NCBI RefSeq assembly: GCF_964194155.1
Contig: NC_135903.1
Span: 9,424,001-9,488,000, forward strand
Length of the DNA: 64,000 nucleotides
Source: Cetorhinus maximus
Lineage: Eukaryota
Direction of reading: 5' to 3'
The position numbers were made by a program, and so were the translations under genes. The notes beneath the pieces are model-generated. The model was not told the DNA's origin. It saw only the letters and a program-made list of their open reading frames with translations, and made no database searches. Below are positions 62,832-64,000 of the stretch, piece after piece (the first letter of the stretch is position 1; every line of letters begins with the position of its first letter).

Positions 62832-64000
62832 TAAGCCAGTGTGCTTAACATCTGTCATAGGGAAATTGCTGGAATCTATTATTAAGGTTGTTATAGCAGG
62901 ATACTTAGAAAATCTCAAAGCAATTAGGTAGAGTCAACATGGTTTTGTGGAAGGGAAATCATGTTTAGCTAACATATTGGAGTTCTTTGAAGTAACAAGC
63001 AACGTGGATAACGCGGAGCCTGTGGATCTGCTGCACTTAATTTCCAGAAGGCTTTTGACAAGGTGCCACATCAAAGGTTATGACACAAAATAAGAGCTCA
63101 TGGTCTATTGGGTAACATATTAGCATGGATAGAGCATTGCTTAGCTAACAGGAAACAGAGTAGGGTGAATGGGTAATTTCAGGTTAGCATGATGTGATGA
63201 GTGGAGTGCCACAGGAATCAGTGCTGGGGCATCAACTATTTAAAATTTATATCAATGACTTTGGATGAAGAGGACATAAAGGAGTCTGCAAAGGGACATA
63301 GATAAGTTGAGTGAGTGGGCAAAATTTAACGGGTGGAATATAATGTGGGAAAATGTGAACTTGTCCAAGTTGCCAGAGAGAGCAGAAAAGCAGCGTACTA
63401 TTTAAATTGAGAGAGTCTGCAGAACTCCGAGGTACAGAAAGATCTGGGTGTCCTGGTGCATGAATCACAAGCAATTAGTATGCAGGCACAGCAAGTGATT
63501 AGGAAGGCAAATGGAATGTTGTCTTTTATTGCAAAGGGAATGGAATATAAAAGTGGGGTTGTTTTGCTATAGTTGTACAGGGCATCGATGAGACCACATC
63601 TGGAGTAGAATTTTGGTCTCCCTATTTAAGAAAGGATATAAATGCATTAGGAGCAGAGGCTCACTCGACTGATTCCTGGAACGAGTGTGTTATCCTATGA
63701 GGAAAGGTTCGACAGACTGGGCCTATATCCATTGGAGTTTAGAAGAATAAGAGGTTATCTTATTGAATTGTAAAAGATCCAAAGGATTCTTGACAGGATG
63801 CTTCAAGGATCTTTCCCCCTTTTGGAGCGACTAGAACTAAGGGACACAGTTTAAAAATAAGGGATCTCCCATTTAAGGTGAGATGAGAAGAATTTTTTTC
63901 TCTAAGGGTTGTGAACCTTTGGAAATCTCTTCCCCAGAGAGCTGTGGAGGTTGGGTCAATGAATATTTTTAAGGCAAAGGTAAATAGATTCTTGACCAAC
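62832..64000 (+). mobile_element. CR1 LINE ORF2 fragment running off the window end
   Basis: SQHGFVEGKSCLANILEFFE, FQKAFDKVPH, SGVPQESVLG and GLYPLEFRRIRG motifs with frameshifts. Confidence 0.92.

Noticed and set aside
1-64000. Prokaryotic or viral system (retron, DGR, defence island, endogenous virus)
   Set aside because: All RT motifs are CR1/L2-group or Gypsy; no operons, env, capsid or polymerase genes were recognised.

Overview
Vertebrate nuclear DNA, most likely a shark or other cartilaginous fish judging by its repeat families. It is AT-rich and mostly decayed transposable elements; nearly all ORFs in the track are TE fragments or noise. Repeats seen: many CR1 LINEs, including a near-full ORF2 at 14.7-18.0 kb; a second CR1/L2-group LINE family; old L2 and SINE pieces; Gypsy LTR-retrotransposon relics with nested solo LTRs (53-63 kb); a pogo-type transposase relic (30.6-32.0 kb); and three PIF/Harbinger-like MITEs. 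The only convincing host-gene feature is a 76-codon first coding exon on the minus strand (27057-26830) with a likely promoter just upstream. From memory it resembles an alternative N-terminus of LRRFIP1, so much of the window is probably intronic. The most interesting signal is about 10 short Penelope-type insertions, several with 9-15 bp TSDs. Most carry a minimal type I hammerhead ribozyme motif with covarying stem II, and they occur as monomers, inverted pairs and a tandem dimer. A second, unrelated hammerhead-bearing element lies at 52.5 kb. The MITEs share conserved twin central palindromes. Boundaries were read by eye and are approximate unless TSDs are quoted.
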